64,000 nt of DNA from Peribolospora baueri (taxonomy: Eukaryota), in the NCBI GenBank assembly GCA_029717555.1, contig JAMDHS010000028.1, forward strand, positions 62,001 through 126,000. The letters run 5' to 3'. Shown one piece after another: positions 1-11,613 of the stretch. Each line of letters begins with the position of its first letter. Position 1 is the first letter of the stretch. A program made the position numbers and the translations under genes. The notes beneath the pieces were generated by a model. That model was not told the origin of the DNA. It did no database searches and worked only from the letters and a program-made list of their open reading frames with translations.

Positions 1-402
1 AGCCGGGCGGCGATCCGGGAGGGGATCAAGTACGACTCGGAGGACGACAAGGCGATCGAGCAGTGGGTGGAGCAGCACATCGAGACGACGTGGCACTGCC
101 TGGGGACGTGCTCGATGGCGCCCAAGGAGGGGAGCAAGGTGACCAAGTACGGCGGCGTGCTCGACCCGCGTCTCAACGTGCACGGGACACGGCGGCTCAA
201 GGTGGCCGACCTATCGGTGTGCCCGGACAACGTAGGTTGCAACACGTACTCGACCGCTCTGCTCATCGGCGAGAAGGCGGCGGTGCTGATCGCCGAGGAC
301 CTGGGCTACTCGGGCGAGGCGCTGAGGATGGACGTGCCGCCGCTCGAGACGCACGAGTGGCCCAACTTGAACGCGGGCCCGGCGCCTTACACGAGGGGGT
401 GA
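1..402 (+). CDS. AOX: Alcohol (methanol) oxidase, GMC oxidoreductase family; 3' end only, gene starts before the window
   Basis: Frame 1 reads YDSEDDKAIEQWVEQHIETTWHCLGTCSMAPKEG...GGVLDPRLNVHGTRRLKVADLSVCPDNVGCNTYSTALLIGEKAA, the AOX C-terminal catalytic His/Asn region; stop at 400-402. Confidence 0.93.
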   Translation, partial: SRAAIREGIKYDSEDDKAIEQWVEQHIETTWHCLGTCSMAPKEGSKVTKYGGVLDPRLNVHGTRRLKVADLSVCPDNVGCNTYSTALLIGEKAAVLIAEDLGYSGEALRMDVPPLETHEWPNLNAGPAPYTRG

Positions 403-675
403 AGTGGGCGACGACGGCACGGCACGGCGGAGCAGCGGGGGACATCCTGACTGACTTGACTGACAGACGGACGACTCGGCTCGATCAGCTGGGATGCGAC
501 TCGACTCGACTCGATTCTTCCAAGCTTGGTGCGCTTCTCTTTTCTTCCGCGTATGTCGTGGGCCAAAAAGGTACCACGAGCCTCTGCTCTCCTTTCTCGC
601 TGGGGTTTCGAAAAAACACAAAAAAGCGCAAAAACAGCGACGACGGAGGGCGCCGGAGACGGCACCCGGAGTCTC

Positions 676-754
676 CTTCCTTCCTTCCTTCCTTCCTTCC
701 TTCGGCTTATCGACGACGGGCCTGTGTGTGTGAATGAATGAATGAATGAATGAA
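676..754. repeat. Microsatellites (TTCC)n and (TGAA)n in the AOX 3' region
   Basis: cttccttccttcc... at ~676-702; tgaatgaatgaa... at ~731-754. Confidence 0.9.
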
Positions 755-1468
755 TTTGTCATCTCGTCGATCACCAGTGCCGGCTGGCGGCCCGACGCTG
801 TCTCATTTTTCTTTCTTTTTTTCTCTTCTCTCGTCACGTCTTGGCTCCCGGCGATCAGGTGCACGACGAAGGAAGCTGATTGCTTGGGCAGGCGCAAAAT
901 GAGACCTGAATGCGAAGTACGGAAGAAATGTCCGTCGAGCGGAGGGGCGTCTAAAGGCAGCTGGTGGGGGGCTAGCCGGTGCTAAGCGGCGGTGAGTCGG
1001 GTAGCCCGGCGGATGGGGTGGCTGCTAATAAGTGCTAGTGGCGCCCGGTCGGTCGGCCGAGCGCTCGGGCCTCGGGTCGCGCCTCCGCTTGGCTTGTCAG
1101 GCTTTCGCTTGGCTGGCTTGGCTGGCCCGCGTCGGCCTTGCTTGCCCTTGGCCGTGCCTTCCTCGTAAAGTCGGCTCACCGGCGCCCCTTCTTGACGCCA
1201 ACCATCGTCCTCCGTGCCTCCATCTCGTTCGCCATTCACCTTCTTCCTCACCACATCCCTCATCCTTCCCTCCCATCTTCTCTCGCTTCCCACCTGCACT
1301 CTCCCACCTGCACTCACTACCTCCCACGCTCCTTTCCCCCCAGACCGCTCCGACCGGAGTCTCTCGCCCTCGCCCCTAGGCCTTCTTCGTCCCACTCCCC
1401 ATCCGACTCACTGTCGACAGCTCCTCAAGCACACTCCCTTCACTCACCAGCGCCCCCACACGCCCGCC

Positions 1469-2776
1469 ATGCGCATCACCTCCGCCGGACTCCTCGCCCT
1501 CCTCGGCGTCTCCGCCGCCTCCGCCTCCCTCTTCTCCCACCACGCCGACAACGACGTGGCCAAGAGGAGCCGTCACAACGAGCTCGCCAAGAGGGCCGAC
1601 AACCAGATCGCCAAGAGGGGCGCCTTTAACGGACAGGGTGAGTATGCCCGGGGCGAGGAATATTGCGGTTGGACGGGCAAGCGCGGGTGGACGGACGGAC
1701 GGGTCGGTGGACCAGCGGTGGAGAGTTAGCGAAGACGAGGCAGTGCATGGCCTGAGTTGGAAGCCGGCCGACGCTCGTTCCCTGATCGTGCATATCGTGT
1801 TGGCGTGGATACCAAAAAAAGAGAAGAAGGCTGACCTCCCCATTCCCCGGGTGCCCGCTTCTCGTCCTCGGCTCTGCCTCGACTCCCACAGCCACCTGTG
1901 AGTGTGACCCTCCGCGACGCTGTCTCGCACGCTCTTGTGCCTCTTCGTCCGTACAGATGTCGGCTCATCCTCTCCCCTCCGTTCTCCCTTCTCCTCTCCA
2001 GTCTTCAGCGTCGGTCTCGGCGCTTGTGGAAAGTGGAACAGCGACAAGGACTACATTGTCGCTCTCAACGTCCCCCAGGTGAGCGTTCGTCTTGCTCGCG
2101 CCCCTTCTTCGCGCACCTGACGGCAAACGGCGGAGAGACTTCGATATACGACGATGAACGGCGTGGACGCTGATCCTCGCCTCACTTCCCCCTTCTTCTC
2201 CCTAGTACGGCGACACGGGCGTACTCTCTTGGTTCTGCTTCAAGTCCATCACCATCGAGTACAATGGCAAGCAGCACGAGGCCACCATCATGGATGCCTG
2301 CCCTGGCTGCGCCCACGGCGTGAGTGTTCTTTCTCTCAATTTGGTGGAAGTCGGCTCGTGCGGCCGCGCTGATCATCTATCCCTTCGTTTCCCTCCGTTC
2401 GTCACAGAGCCTGGACATGTCGCCCGCTCTGTTCCAGTTCTTTGCCCCCTCGTCGCAGGGCGTGTTCCAGATGACCTGGTGGCTCAACGACGGCTCTGGC
2501 AGCGGCCAGAGCTCCTCGTCGAGCCAGCACTACACCATCAGCTACAGCTCGGCCTCGAACAAGGCCAGCCCGACGTCGACTCACTGGACCTCTAGCTCCT
2601 CCACCTCCACCTCCGCCACGCCCACGCAGACGGGCAAGAAGATCTGCAAGAACAAGAAGAGGGGCGTCCAGAAGAGGAAGATCGCTCTTCGCGCTCAGAA
2701 CGCCAAGAGGGCCGGACACGGCAAGCCCCGTGTCGCCGCCGCCGCGAGGGACTTTGTGGAGCAAGAGGCCAAGTGA
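1469..2776 (+). CDS. Secreted expansin-like / RlpA-type double-psi beta-barrel (DPBB, loosenin-like) protein, ~244 aa, 5 exons
   Basis: Exons 1469-1637, 1892-1897, 2002-2078, 2206-2319, 2408-2776 splice in frame. Product: signal peptide MRITSAGLLALLGVSAASA, three KR sites, then GQATFFSVGLGACG...DYIVALN...CFKSITIEYNGK...ATIMDACPGC...SLDMSPALFQFF...MTWW, an S/T linker and a basic tail. Confidence 0.9.
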
Positions 2777-3603
2777 ATGGCCGTTGATGGGGGATGAGGT
2801 CTATCCGGCAGTCGACGCTCGACGTTCGGTGACGAGGACGATTCGGTTCGGTATCGTTCGGTCTGAGCAGTGCCGGCGTGCACTCCTCCTTCCCATCTCA
2901 CCTTCTCCGCTCCTCCCCTCCTCTCCCCGCCGCGTCTCTTCTTCCTTTGACTTGTACGCCCATCGTCGGCCCGCCCGTCTTTCCTCGTCCCTCGCCTCCC
3001 TCGTCGCTGACGTGGGGGGAAACGACCAGCCCGTCGATTTTACCCACTTGCTTCCTCTTCTCTTCCCAGCCTACGCCTTCTCCACCTTTGCTTGCCCGCC
3101 TACCCTACCCTCCCCTCCCATTTCGCGACAAATTGGGCTTATCCTTCCCGTCCTTCCTTCCGTCGCCGGCTCTACCCGATCGCCCGTTGATCGATCAACG
3201 AATGGTCCATCTCTCGTGGACGATCTCTTCCTCGCCTCCCCCTTCTCTCACATCGGTGTTTATTAGTTTCGGCGCCCCGTTTGTTTGTCATCCTTCTTCT
3301 TGCCCGGAATGACATGCCCCCGTTTCCTTCGTCGGGGTTTGGGCCACCACTTTTCCGTTCGCCTCCTGTCAGTCGGCGATATTCTACGCGAGTGCTCGTG
3401 GCGGATCCCGTGTGGCAGAGTCGAGTGTCTGCGGAGGGCGCTCGCTAGTGGTGTCGATCGTATCCAGTTTCGGCCTTTTGAGCGCCAAGCTCATGCACGC
3501 ACGCACGCCAAAGTGCCGTGCCGTGCGTGGGCATGCATGGCGTCGTGCTGCCGCGAGGTCGCTCGCAGCCACGTACATACGAACGAACATACATGTACGC
3601 GTC

Positions 3604-3626
3604 CACACACACACACACACACACAC
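3604..3626. repeat. (CA)n microsatellite
   Basis: cacacacacacacacacacacac. Confidence 0.9.
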
Positions 3627-4036
3627 GTCCTTACATGCTACACTGTATGCTACACCATACCAGTCAGGCGGACGCTGAGTCCAGACGGGGCCACGCCGGG
3701 TTCCAACTCGACCTCGGTACCACGGCTAGACTAGACGGTGGTCTGGCTCTTCCCATCTTCCTCTTCCAATGTCCGGGGGAGAGGGAGAGAAGAAAGCGAG
3801 GGGTGAAAAAAGGTCATTGGCGGAGGAAAGATGGGCGGTCGCCCACGACGATATCTACATATATATATATAAGAAAAAAGGGATTTACGACTTATGCGCG
3901 GCGTACCCCCACCCGAACCGAGTGCGTACCTGTCGCGCTGGGAGATGGGGAGATGGGCCGCGGTAGCATACATACATACAAGTGAGTGAGCCAAAAGGAG
4001 AGTGTGGTAGAAGGAAAGACAGGGAGGATGCGTGCG

Positions 4037-5954
4037 TTAGCCGACGCTGACGGGCGTGCAGCCGGTCTGGATGAGGCCATTCTCCGCATCTGCTTGGCAG
4101 CACACCGCGTTGGCTTTGCACGAGTCCGCCAGGGCGAGACCGAAAACGGCGCTGATTGGGTCGCACTCGAGGCCGATGCTGGATCGCACGCGAAAGAGGG
4201 GTGGGGGCCGTGTGACGAAGCAAGGGGGTATCAGCAAGATCGTGTCAGGTTTTCCTGGGACCGACTACGTCGGTCTTCGACGGTGACGGAGAAGCTCACC
4301 TTCCGATGAGCTCGTCGATGGAACCGACGAGCGCCAGAGCGAGCTTATCCGACGTGTCGTGAATCTGCGCGACAGGAACGGGAGCAGAGATACGTGTTTG
4401 GCATGGACACAACCCCACCTAGCAGCATAACCGCTAGCGCCGCATTCACTCACGATTTGGCTGCAACAATACGCAGCACCGACGGAGCATTGGTTTCGTT
4501 TCGTGTCCGGAGTATGCCAGGCCGTGGAGTTGTCACTCGGATAAGCTGTGGTATGAATGGGCTTACCGACGGTGGAGGTGGACGTGGGTGGCTGCTGAGC
4601 CGTCAAAGCGAGAGACGAGGAACAAGGCTGGCCCGGGGTAACAAAAGCCGCTGCGTTGCTGGTAGTCGGATAAGCCGAAGTAGTCGGATAAGCCGACGAT
4701 GGCGACGACGGCGACGACGGAATGGCCGACAAAGTCGAGTCCGAAACATTCGGCCTGATCGAAGACACTCCATCTTTGGTTGTCTTTGGGTACGCATGCG
4801 CCGACGACGGCGACGCTGAGCTCGACATGTTCACCGCGACGGAAGCGGGCGCGTTACTGGCCGTAACCGAGGGGCTAGCAGAGGGCGACGGCATTGTTAG
4901 GTTGGGTGCGCCTGTGAATAATGACCGATTTAAAAGGACCAACCGATCGATGAGAAGTCAACGGCAGGAGGCAGAAGAGCGAGCGACGGACGCACGTTCG
5001 CCGTCCTGGCTGACCGAGTTGTTGTTCACGTCCCCTCCTCCATGGTTTTGAGATGGAACGGGCGGCGGCGAACGGTGACCTGGTGAAGAATGGCCGAGGG
5101 AAGGGAGGAGATTGCGCGATGAGGGAAAAGAGCACGACCCCGGGTTCCGGATAAGCAACACACCTTGGTTCGGACTCGGATTCTTCGCCGTGAGGTGAGC
5201 TGGCCGAAGCAGAGCCGAATGACAGAGGGACGAACCGCAACGGCGATATCGTGAGCATCTGCTGTTCGTGGACGATGACTATATGCCCCCTGAAGAGCCC
5301 CTTAGCTCACACTGCTCTCCGTGACCGCCAGTGTGCTGAAGCGGAGGAACGTGATGCAATCCTAGCAAAGAACATGGAGAAAAGCGGATGAGTAGGAGCA
5401 GAAGTGCTACCGCACCAGAGACGAGTCCCACCCTTGTTCTTGGAATCAGGTTTCTTCTTGCTGCACTTCTTTCCCCTGCGAGCAACATGGACGAGATCGT
5501 GCTGAGACCCTTGGTGCACAGCGGACCGTAAGTCGGGCGAGGGGTTGAGTGGGCCGTCGTGGGCCTGCCGCATCGCGCCCGGCGGACGGAAGTTGGAAGA
5601 AGGGATATGAGGCGTGAAGCGAACGGTGCCGCCGGCACCGCCGCCGCCGCCACGGCTGGATGAGTCCGTGATGGTCTGACCGGAGCCGTTCCAACTTTTG
5701 TTGCCGCCACCAGATCCGAGGACTCCGAGGTCGCCGACGTAGCCACCGCCGTGCAGCACACCAGCGTGCCGATGGGGAGCCGCCAAGGCCGGACCGGAAC
5801 AAGAAAGGAAAACGAGGGTGAGTAGGGGGGAAAGGGCCGCGATCTGGAACAAATCAAAGATGGGGAGGGAGATGGGAAACAGAGAAAAGAAACTTATCAG
5901 TGGTAGCGAAGGATGGAGGACAGAAGAACGACAAAACAAATAACCCACCTGCAT
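4037..5954 (-). CDS. Class I hydrophobin with long G/S/P/T-rich N-terminal extension (hydrophobin A), ~417 aa, 8 exons
   Basis: Exons 5954-5949, 5843-5432, 5361-5311, 5199-5164, 5079-4996, 4911-4454, 4364-4300, 4178-4037 are all phase-compatible. Signal MQIAALSPLLTLVFLSCSGPALA. C-terminal KR|NQCSVGAAYCC...IGLECDPISAVFGLALADSCKANAVCCQADAENGLIQTGCTPVSVG* has 8 Cys spaced C-x6-CC-x29-C-x14-C-x5-CC-x12-C. Confidence 0.85.
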
Positions 5955-7309
5955 GCCGTAAGACTTCGTCGGTTGGTACGGAACGCGGAGTAATAAATAT
6001 GACAAGTAAAGGACGTGCTTGGAGGGCCGCGACGAGACGAACGAGACGAGAGAAAGAGATGACCGAGGAAGGAAAAGAGAACGATGAGCGACTTCCTGGC
6101 CCGCCTTTAAGGGCTAGGACGACCAGGGTCAAGGTACGTCCGTGTGGATCCCGAAGCCGAAGCCAAAGACGAGCTTCGAAGAAGAGAACGCGCCCAGTCT
6201 AGACGCGCTTCGCGTCTTCGTAATGTGAGCTTGCGTGACAGGCGTAAGGACGGACCCGACGACGAGGCAGCAATGGATGGCTTGAGAGGTCCTGAGGCGC
6301 AGGGAGGCGGTCCCAAGGATAGGAACGGAGCGAGCCGAGAGAGAAACATGGGCAGACGGAAACCGAAGCTCGTCCGACCACCGCACAGGCCAAGCTCTGA
6401 AAGGGAGAACGAACTGAGCTACGAGCGACGGTGTAGTCTCGCCGTCGCGCCTAGCAGATGGCGGAGCGGAAGCTGGAAAACCTCACCTCAGAACTTTACC
6501 CGCCTTCCAATTATCTGTTACGAGAAGGGGAAAGAGACGAAAGCAGATAACCGCAGCGGAGCCCTCCATAGCGAGGAAAGACGACAGTGAGGAGGTAAGT
6601 TGGACCTGGTATATGAAAGAGGCGGACGGTCGAGCCCAAAACTTATACAAGGGACAGAAGCTAGTGAAGATAGGTTGGCGGTGGGTCGTCTCCAGGATCG
6701 TGGGCTTACGACAGCCGCCTTATACCACGTCGCAATCCCCCTTTTGCACAATCGTCCCATTCAGAGACATCCGAGAATCGAACGTGAGGGAAAGAAGTGG
6801 ACGACAGCTAGTTAGTCGCTGTCACTCAGGGCCGCTCCTAGTGGGCGATTCGCAGAAGAACGAGTGCACAACTCGTAGTGTCTCTGCAAGGAATGAAGCG
6901 GGCGGCGGCGAAGACAGCGAACAGACCTGGACTTAAGCGCGCGGACCCTCGCCTCTGCGCACCCCCCGTGCATCTGTAAGACGTCGCGTGAGAAGCGGAG
7001 GTGAGGGAACGGCTAGAACGTGAGAGTACGGACTATGGACGATGCGACGCAGGGCCCATTCTCCTGAAAGGGGGGGGGCATCGACGGCGGGCGTGGGGCA
7101 GGTTCGCTCGGTCCAGCGGCTGCGGCGACGACGGCCCACTTGGCGCGACCGCAGCGGCTGATATCTGTCGAGTCTCGAGACGAGGCAGGCGATCCCTCGA
7201 CGACAGACGCATAGGATCAAGCCAACGTACAGGCAGACGTCGAGTCGATAAATGCAGCTCAAATAGGAGGCTCATTCGCGCGAAGACGTGGAGGGCGCGC
7301 TCGGGTTTC

Positions 7310-8916
7310 CTATTCATGTCGATCGACGGCTGACAATAGATACCTCAGGTCTCGAGCGTAGGCGCACGGACACGCGGGCTCCGTTCGGACCATTCGCACA
7401 TACGACCGGACCCCGGGCTTCAGCCAGACGATCAAGCGGTGGAGGCGGTGTTCCATCGACGGCGATGATTTGGCCGTTGGTGTACTGGGAAGTGGCAAGG
7501 AAGAGGATGGCGCCGGCCTGGAAGCGAAAGGAAGAAGGTGATCGCGAGTCAGGTTCCGTGCTCGGGAGTCTGTCTTAGCAGAAAGGAGGGACTGGGTCCA
7601 GAAATACGGATGCTCGACTTCCCTCCTCTCCCCGTCGGGGCCCCCCGGAAAGCTCGGCCGCTCAGCTCACCGTATCCCGATCATCGCCTGGCCTCCCAGC
7701 GGGGATACCCATCTCCATGCCTTCCAAGGTATTCTTGTTATCCGGCCCGGCTTTCTTTGTCATCTTAGAGGGGAAGACGCCCGGGGCAATGGCGTTGATG
7801 CGGAGCTTGATGCGCGCCGAGTGAGACTCGTGAGGTGGTTGGCGGCCTGATGGGGATACAGACGGAGAGGGAGGGATGGACGAAGAGATCAGATTGACCT
7901 TCGGTGGGGGGGCCCTCGAGATGCGTCGCGTTCGACGTGGCCGCGGCCTACTTACCGCTTTGGAAGCATTGTAGGCAGTGTTGCTGAGCGTGGAGGCGGA
8001 GCGAGCGGAGGAAGTTTCAGCCATCACTGCATGGACTCAAGCAGCTCAATGACCTAAGTAGACTCGCTGACTTGGCTGGCTTTGACGATGCCGGAAATGC
8101 TAGTCGTGTTGATGACCGTGCTACACCACCCCTGGCAGCTCTTGGTGCCCTTTTCGAGCAGGGGCAAAAAGGCCATGGTAGATAAGAAGATGCTCGATAT
8201 GTTCACATCAAACAGGGACGACCAGTCCTGGTAATTCTCGTTGTCGAAGTGTATCTTGCTCAGCTCCTCAGCTGAGAGCTCGCTCCAGGACCTGTCCGAG
8301 GTACTCTTGGGGCCGGAAATTCCGGCGCTGCTGTGGGAAAGCAAGTCCGGCGGAGGGCCAAGGAAAGGAGACGGGAGGGTGCGGGTGAGCGCATGTGCCG
8401 AGGATGGCCGAACGCACAAGGTGCCCTCACTTTACGAGGATGTGCAACCGCCCCTCTCGCCGCTCCATCTCACGGACGAGGTTCTTAATAGATTCCTTGC
8501 TTGTCACATCTCCTTGAAGGCTGCCCATCGCGTGGTGGGCAGACCGACGTAAACCCCGGATCCCTGGTCGTTGTCCAAAGCAGAGAAATGCTCACGGGAC
8601 CATCTCGCCCTTGATGTGTGGACCATCGTGCGTATTTGTGGCGTTCTCGAGGATTCCCTGACGACGAGACGCAATGTCTGAACGATTACGATGAACAGCA
8701 GTCGAAGCGGTTGTTAATACCGCCCGCAGCACCAAGTATGAGTACGAGGCTCGCCGAAACGAGAGTGGTTCTTAACTCACATACTTTGGCGCCGTTGGCA
8801 GCGAGCGCCTGGACCTGCATGAGACCGATGCCGGTGCCACCACCGGTGACGAGGGCAATGAGACCGGAGAGGTTGAAAAGAGCGGAGGCGGTGAGATCGT
8901 ATGTGGGAGCTCCCAT
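7310..8916 (-). pseudogene. Short-chain dehydrogenase/reductase (SDR), probably disrupted
   Basis: Motifs ALVTGGGTGIG, LQGDVTSK, ILVNSAG, AYNASKA (YxxxK), RINAIAPGVFPS, NGQIIAVDG. Splicing at consensus sites leaves phase mismatches just before AYNASKA (~7980) and after AANHLT (~7820), and the C-terminus is atypical. Assembly indels cannot be excluded. Confidence 0.7.
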
Positions 8917-9459
8917 CGTTGGTCTGACTGCGCAAACGGAAAGAGAGCCACAAGTGGAGACGGCGTTAGAAACGAAGACGAGAGCGCGAGATCTTCCTCT
9001 TTATGAGGCAGGCTGGAGGAGGTGATTCAAGGAATTTGGGCCCAGGATCTCGTCTGCTTCCAATTCGGACTGGCCACTCATCGACCTGGCCTTCCTTGAA
9101 TCCTCACGATGATGACCTTCGAGAAGTATTTTGCGACCGCCGTCAGAGGCGATCCTCGATTGTCGCGATCGGCCCGATCGGATGTGCCATCGTGTGCTAT
9201 TGCGCTCTCCACACCTTCGTGGCCGACCACTTATCAAGTCGGCCACTATACTGTATCTCGTCTTACAAGTGGGTGTTCGCTCTCACACCTGCACAGGAGC
9301 TTGAAGAGGGTCTCCGCCACGGAATCGCTAACCTGCGCACCCGTCTCGTCGATCTTTGCGTTCGTTTCCTTGCTTAGCGGTCTTGAAGCTAGCTCTGCAA
9401 GCGTTTGGTGGCTCATATTATGTACATCTGGCAATCATCACAGTGAGCGGCTTCTAAGG

Positions 9460-10224
9460 ACAACACGCATCCTGAGTGGAGAGCCTATGGACGCCTTCTT
9501 CACTCGGATGACGGACTTGCGACAACCTCTGCGAAGCCGGAGGGACGTTGACCGACGAGGACTTTACGCAAATGCTCCTCGTGCGAATGCCGGACTCCTT
9601 CGAAGTCCACAATCTGGCGTTTCCACATGGAGACGCTACCCTCGTCCGATAAGTTTATGCACGACGTCAAGCAGATCGAGAAGGAGATGATGCAGAAGGC
9701 TGCAGGAAACCTCCGTCGTCGTCTGCTGAGACTGCGATGGGGGCCTCAACCCAGGAACAATTCAAGGGCAAGTGCCATCACTGCGGGAGGGTCGGGCAGA
9801 AGGTGGAATGCCGAACGGTGAAGAGGGAGGATGGCGATAAGAACGACGGGGCCGCCCTCGCTTGGACCCTTTCCGCCGTTGACGCGCAAGCCCACTTGGT
9901 CGCCGACGCCCAGAAGAACGACTGGGTCCTCGACAGCGGTGCCAGTAAGCACATGACCAACGACAAGTGGGGAGTACCATGCCTTCAGCACTCCTCACCG
10001 CGTCACCATGGGGAACAACGCGACCCTGGACGCCCCAGGCTCGGGCGTCGGTCACGTCGTCTTCCCTGACGGCAGCTCTGGATTGATCCGCGACATCCTC
10101 TATGTGCCAGGATTGGTCGTGAACCTTCTCTCGGTCCCTCAGCTGAACGAGCGCGGAGAGCCAGAAGGGAAAGGTGGTCACCAAAGGACGCCTTCGGAAT
10201 GGGCTCTTCGTGCTCAACTTCGCG
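9460..10224 (+). mobile_element. Degenerate Ty1/copia LTR retrotransposon fragment (gag C-terminus, zinc knuckle, aspartic protease)
   Basis: EPMDAFFTRMTDLR, KGKCHHCGRVGQKVEC (CCHC remnant), WVLDSGASKHMTND protease motif, ILYVPGLVVNLLSVPQL; several frameshifts. Confidence 0.88.
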
Positions 10225-11601
10225 CATCCAATTCGCTGTCACCCTCCGCCACCGCCGGCTCTGCCGTTTCTTGGGTGTTGAGTGCCTGTGCGGGTGGCAT
10301 TTCGTTGAGAGGAGCGAAGTCGAGAACGCAGAGCCCATTCCGAACGCGTCCTTTGGTGACCTCCTTCCCTTTTTTGCTTTTGATCTTGGCCTCCTCGTCA
10401 CGCGCCTCAACGATGAAGCCGCGCTTGGTCAGCTGAGGGACCGAAAGAAGGTTCGCGACCAGTCCTGGTACATAGAGGACGTACGATCCAGAGCTGCCGT
10501 CAGGGAAGACGAGGTGAACGACGCAAGAGCCTGGGGCGTTCAGAGTCGCGTTGTTGCCCATGGTGACGCGGTGAGGAGTGCTGAAGGCATTATACTCCCC
10601 AAACCACACTTACTAGCACCGCTGTCGAGCCGGCAATGATAAGAGATGGCTAGGGGATGATGCTCGGAAGGAAACGAGAAACGACGGGTGCCACCCACGT
10701 TCTTCTAAGCGTCGGCGACGAAGTGAGTTTGCGCGGCAACGGCGGAGAAAGTCCAAGCGAAGGCGGCCCGGTCGTTCTTTTCGCCTTCCTCCTTCCTCAG
10801 CGTTCGGCATTCGACCTTCTCGTGCCCAACCCTCCCGCAGTGATGGCACTTGCCCTTGAACTTTTGTTTGTTCTTGGGTTGAATCGCCATCATAGCAGTC
10901 TCCGCAGACGACGACGGAGGGTAGAGTCTCCATGTGAAAGCGCCAGACTGCTTTGTGAACTTCAAAGGAGGAGGGCGTCGCTCGAGGAGCATATAGGTGA
11001 AGTCCTCGTCAGTCAACGTCCCTCCTGCCTCGCGTCTCGGAGGTCCATCATGCGCCCGAAGAAGGCGTCCATAGACTCTTTCGGCTCCGGGTGCGTCTTT
11101 TCGAGCTCCGAACGCAAATTGAACCTAGTCTTAGACTTGCCCGCGTGAATGTGCTCCAGGTCTGTCCACAGTTGCTTAGCCGACCTTCTGACATTGATCT
11201 GGCTCAACTGTGTCCTTTCGAGCCTATCGATGATCGCCAGCCTGGCAGTAGCGAGAACCCGCCGAAGGGCTTCGTGCGCCTGGTCCAGTTCGATCCAGTT
11301 GGAGTAATAGCTAACTGCCTCCTCCATATCGATGACGGCCTCATTGGGGTCGATGAAGAACCAGAGCCCCTTCGACTCTAGGATGTTCGTCATCCTCCTT
11401 CTCCGATGTAGTTCGTGGAGCTCAACTTCTGAGCTCCCTGCCAAGAGACGGCGGCGTTGTCCTTGACGCCTTGACCATGTTCGCAATCTTGGCCTGCCTT
11501 CGGGACGGCTCACCCGACCCTAGCTTGGGTGCGTCTGGCTCGGAATCGCCTCTTTCCAACGGAGGCGTCCCGGCCCTTCTGCCACCTCTCGAAGTCGATT
11601 T

Positions 11602-11613
11602 GGGCTCATAACC
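11602..11613 (-). promoter_or_regulatory. Primer-binding site of the half-tRNA(iMet) (Hemivirus/copia) type
   Basis: Minus strand reads ...TCCAACA|GGTTATGAGCCC immediately after the LTR, close to the copia-type PBS GGTTATGGGCCC. Confidence 0.8.

Noticed and set aside
397..540. Cryptic peroxisomal targeting of AOX by stop read-through or alternative splicing (an SKL is encoded downstream at ~520-527)
   Set aside because: Stop context is TGA AGT, not TGA CTA; read-through ends in GTS; the downstream SKL is internal and not followed by a stop
9001..9460. Possible gene fragment and a 9-bp hairpin (GTGGCCGAC...GTCGGCCAC, ~9219-9246) as a Helitron end
   Set aside because: No recognisable protein motif and no CTRR terminus at the expected spacing
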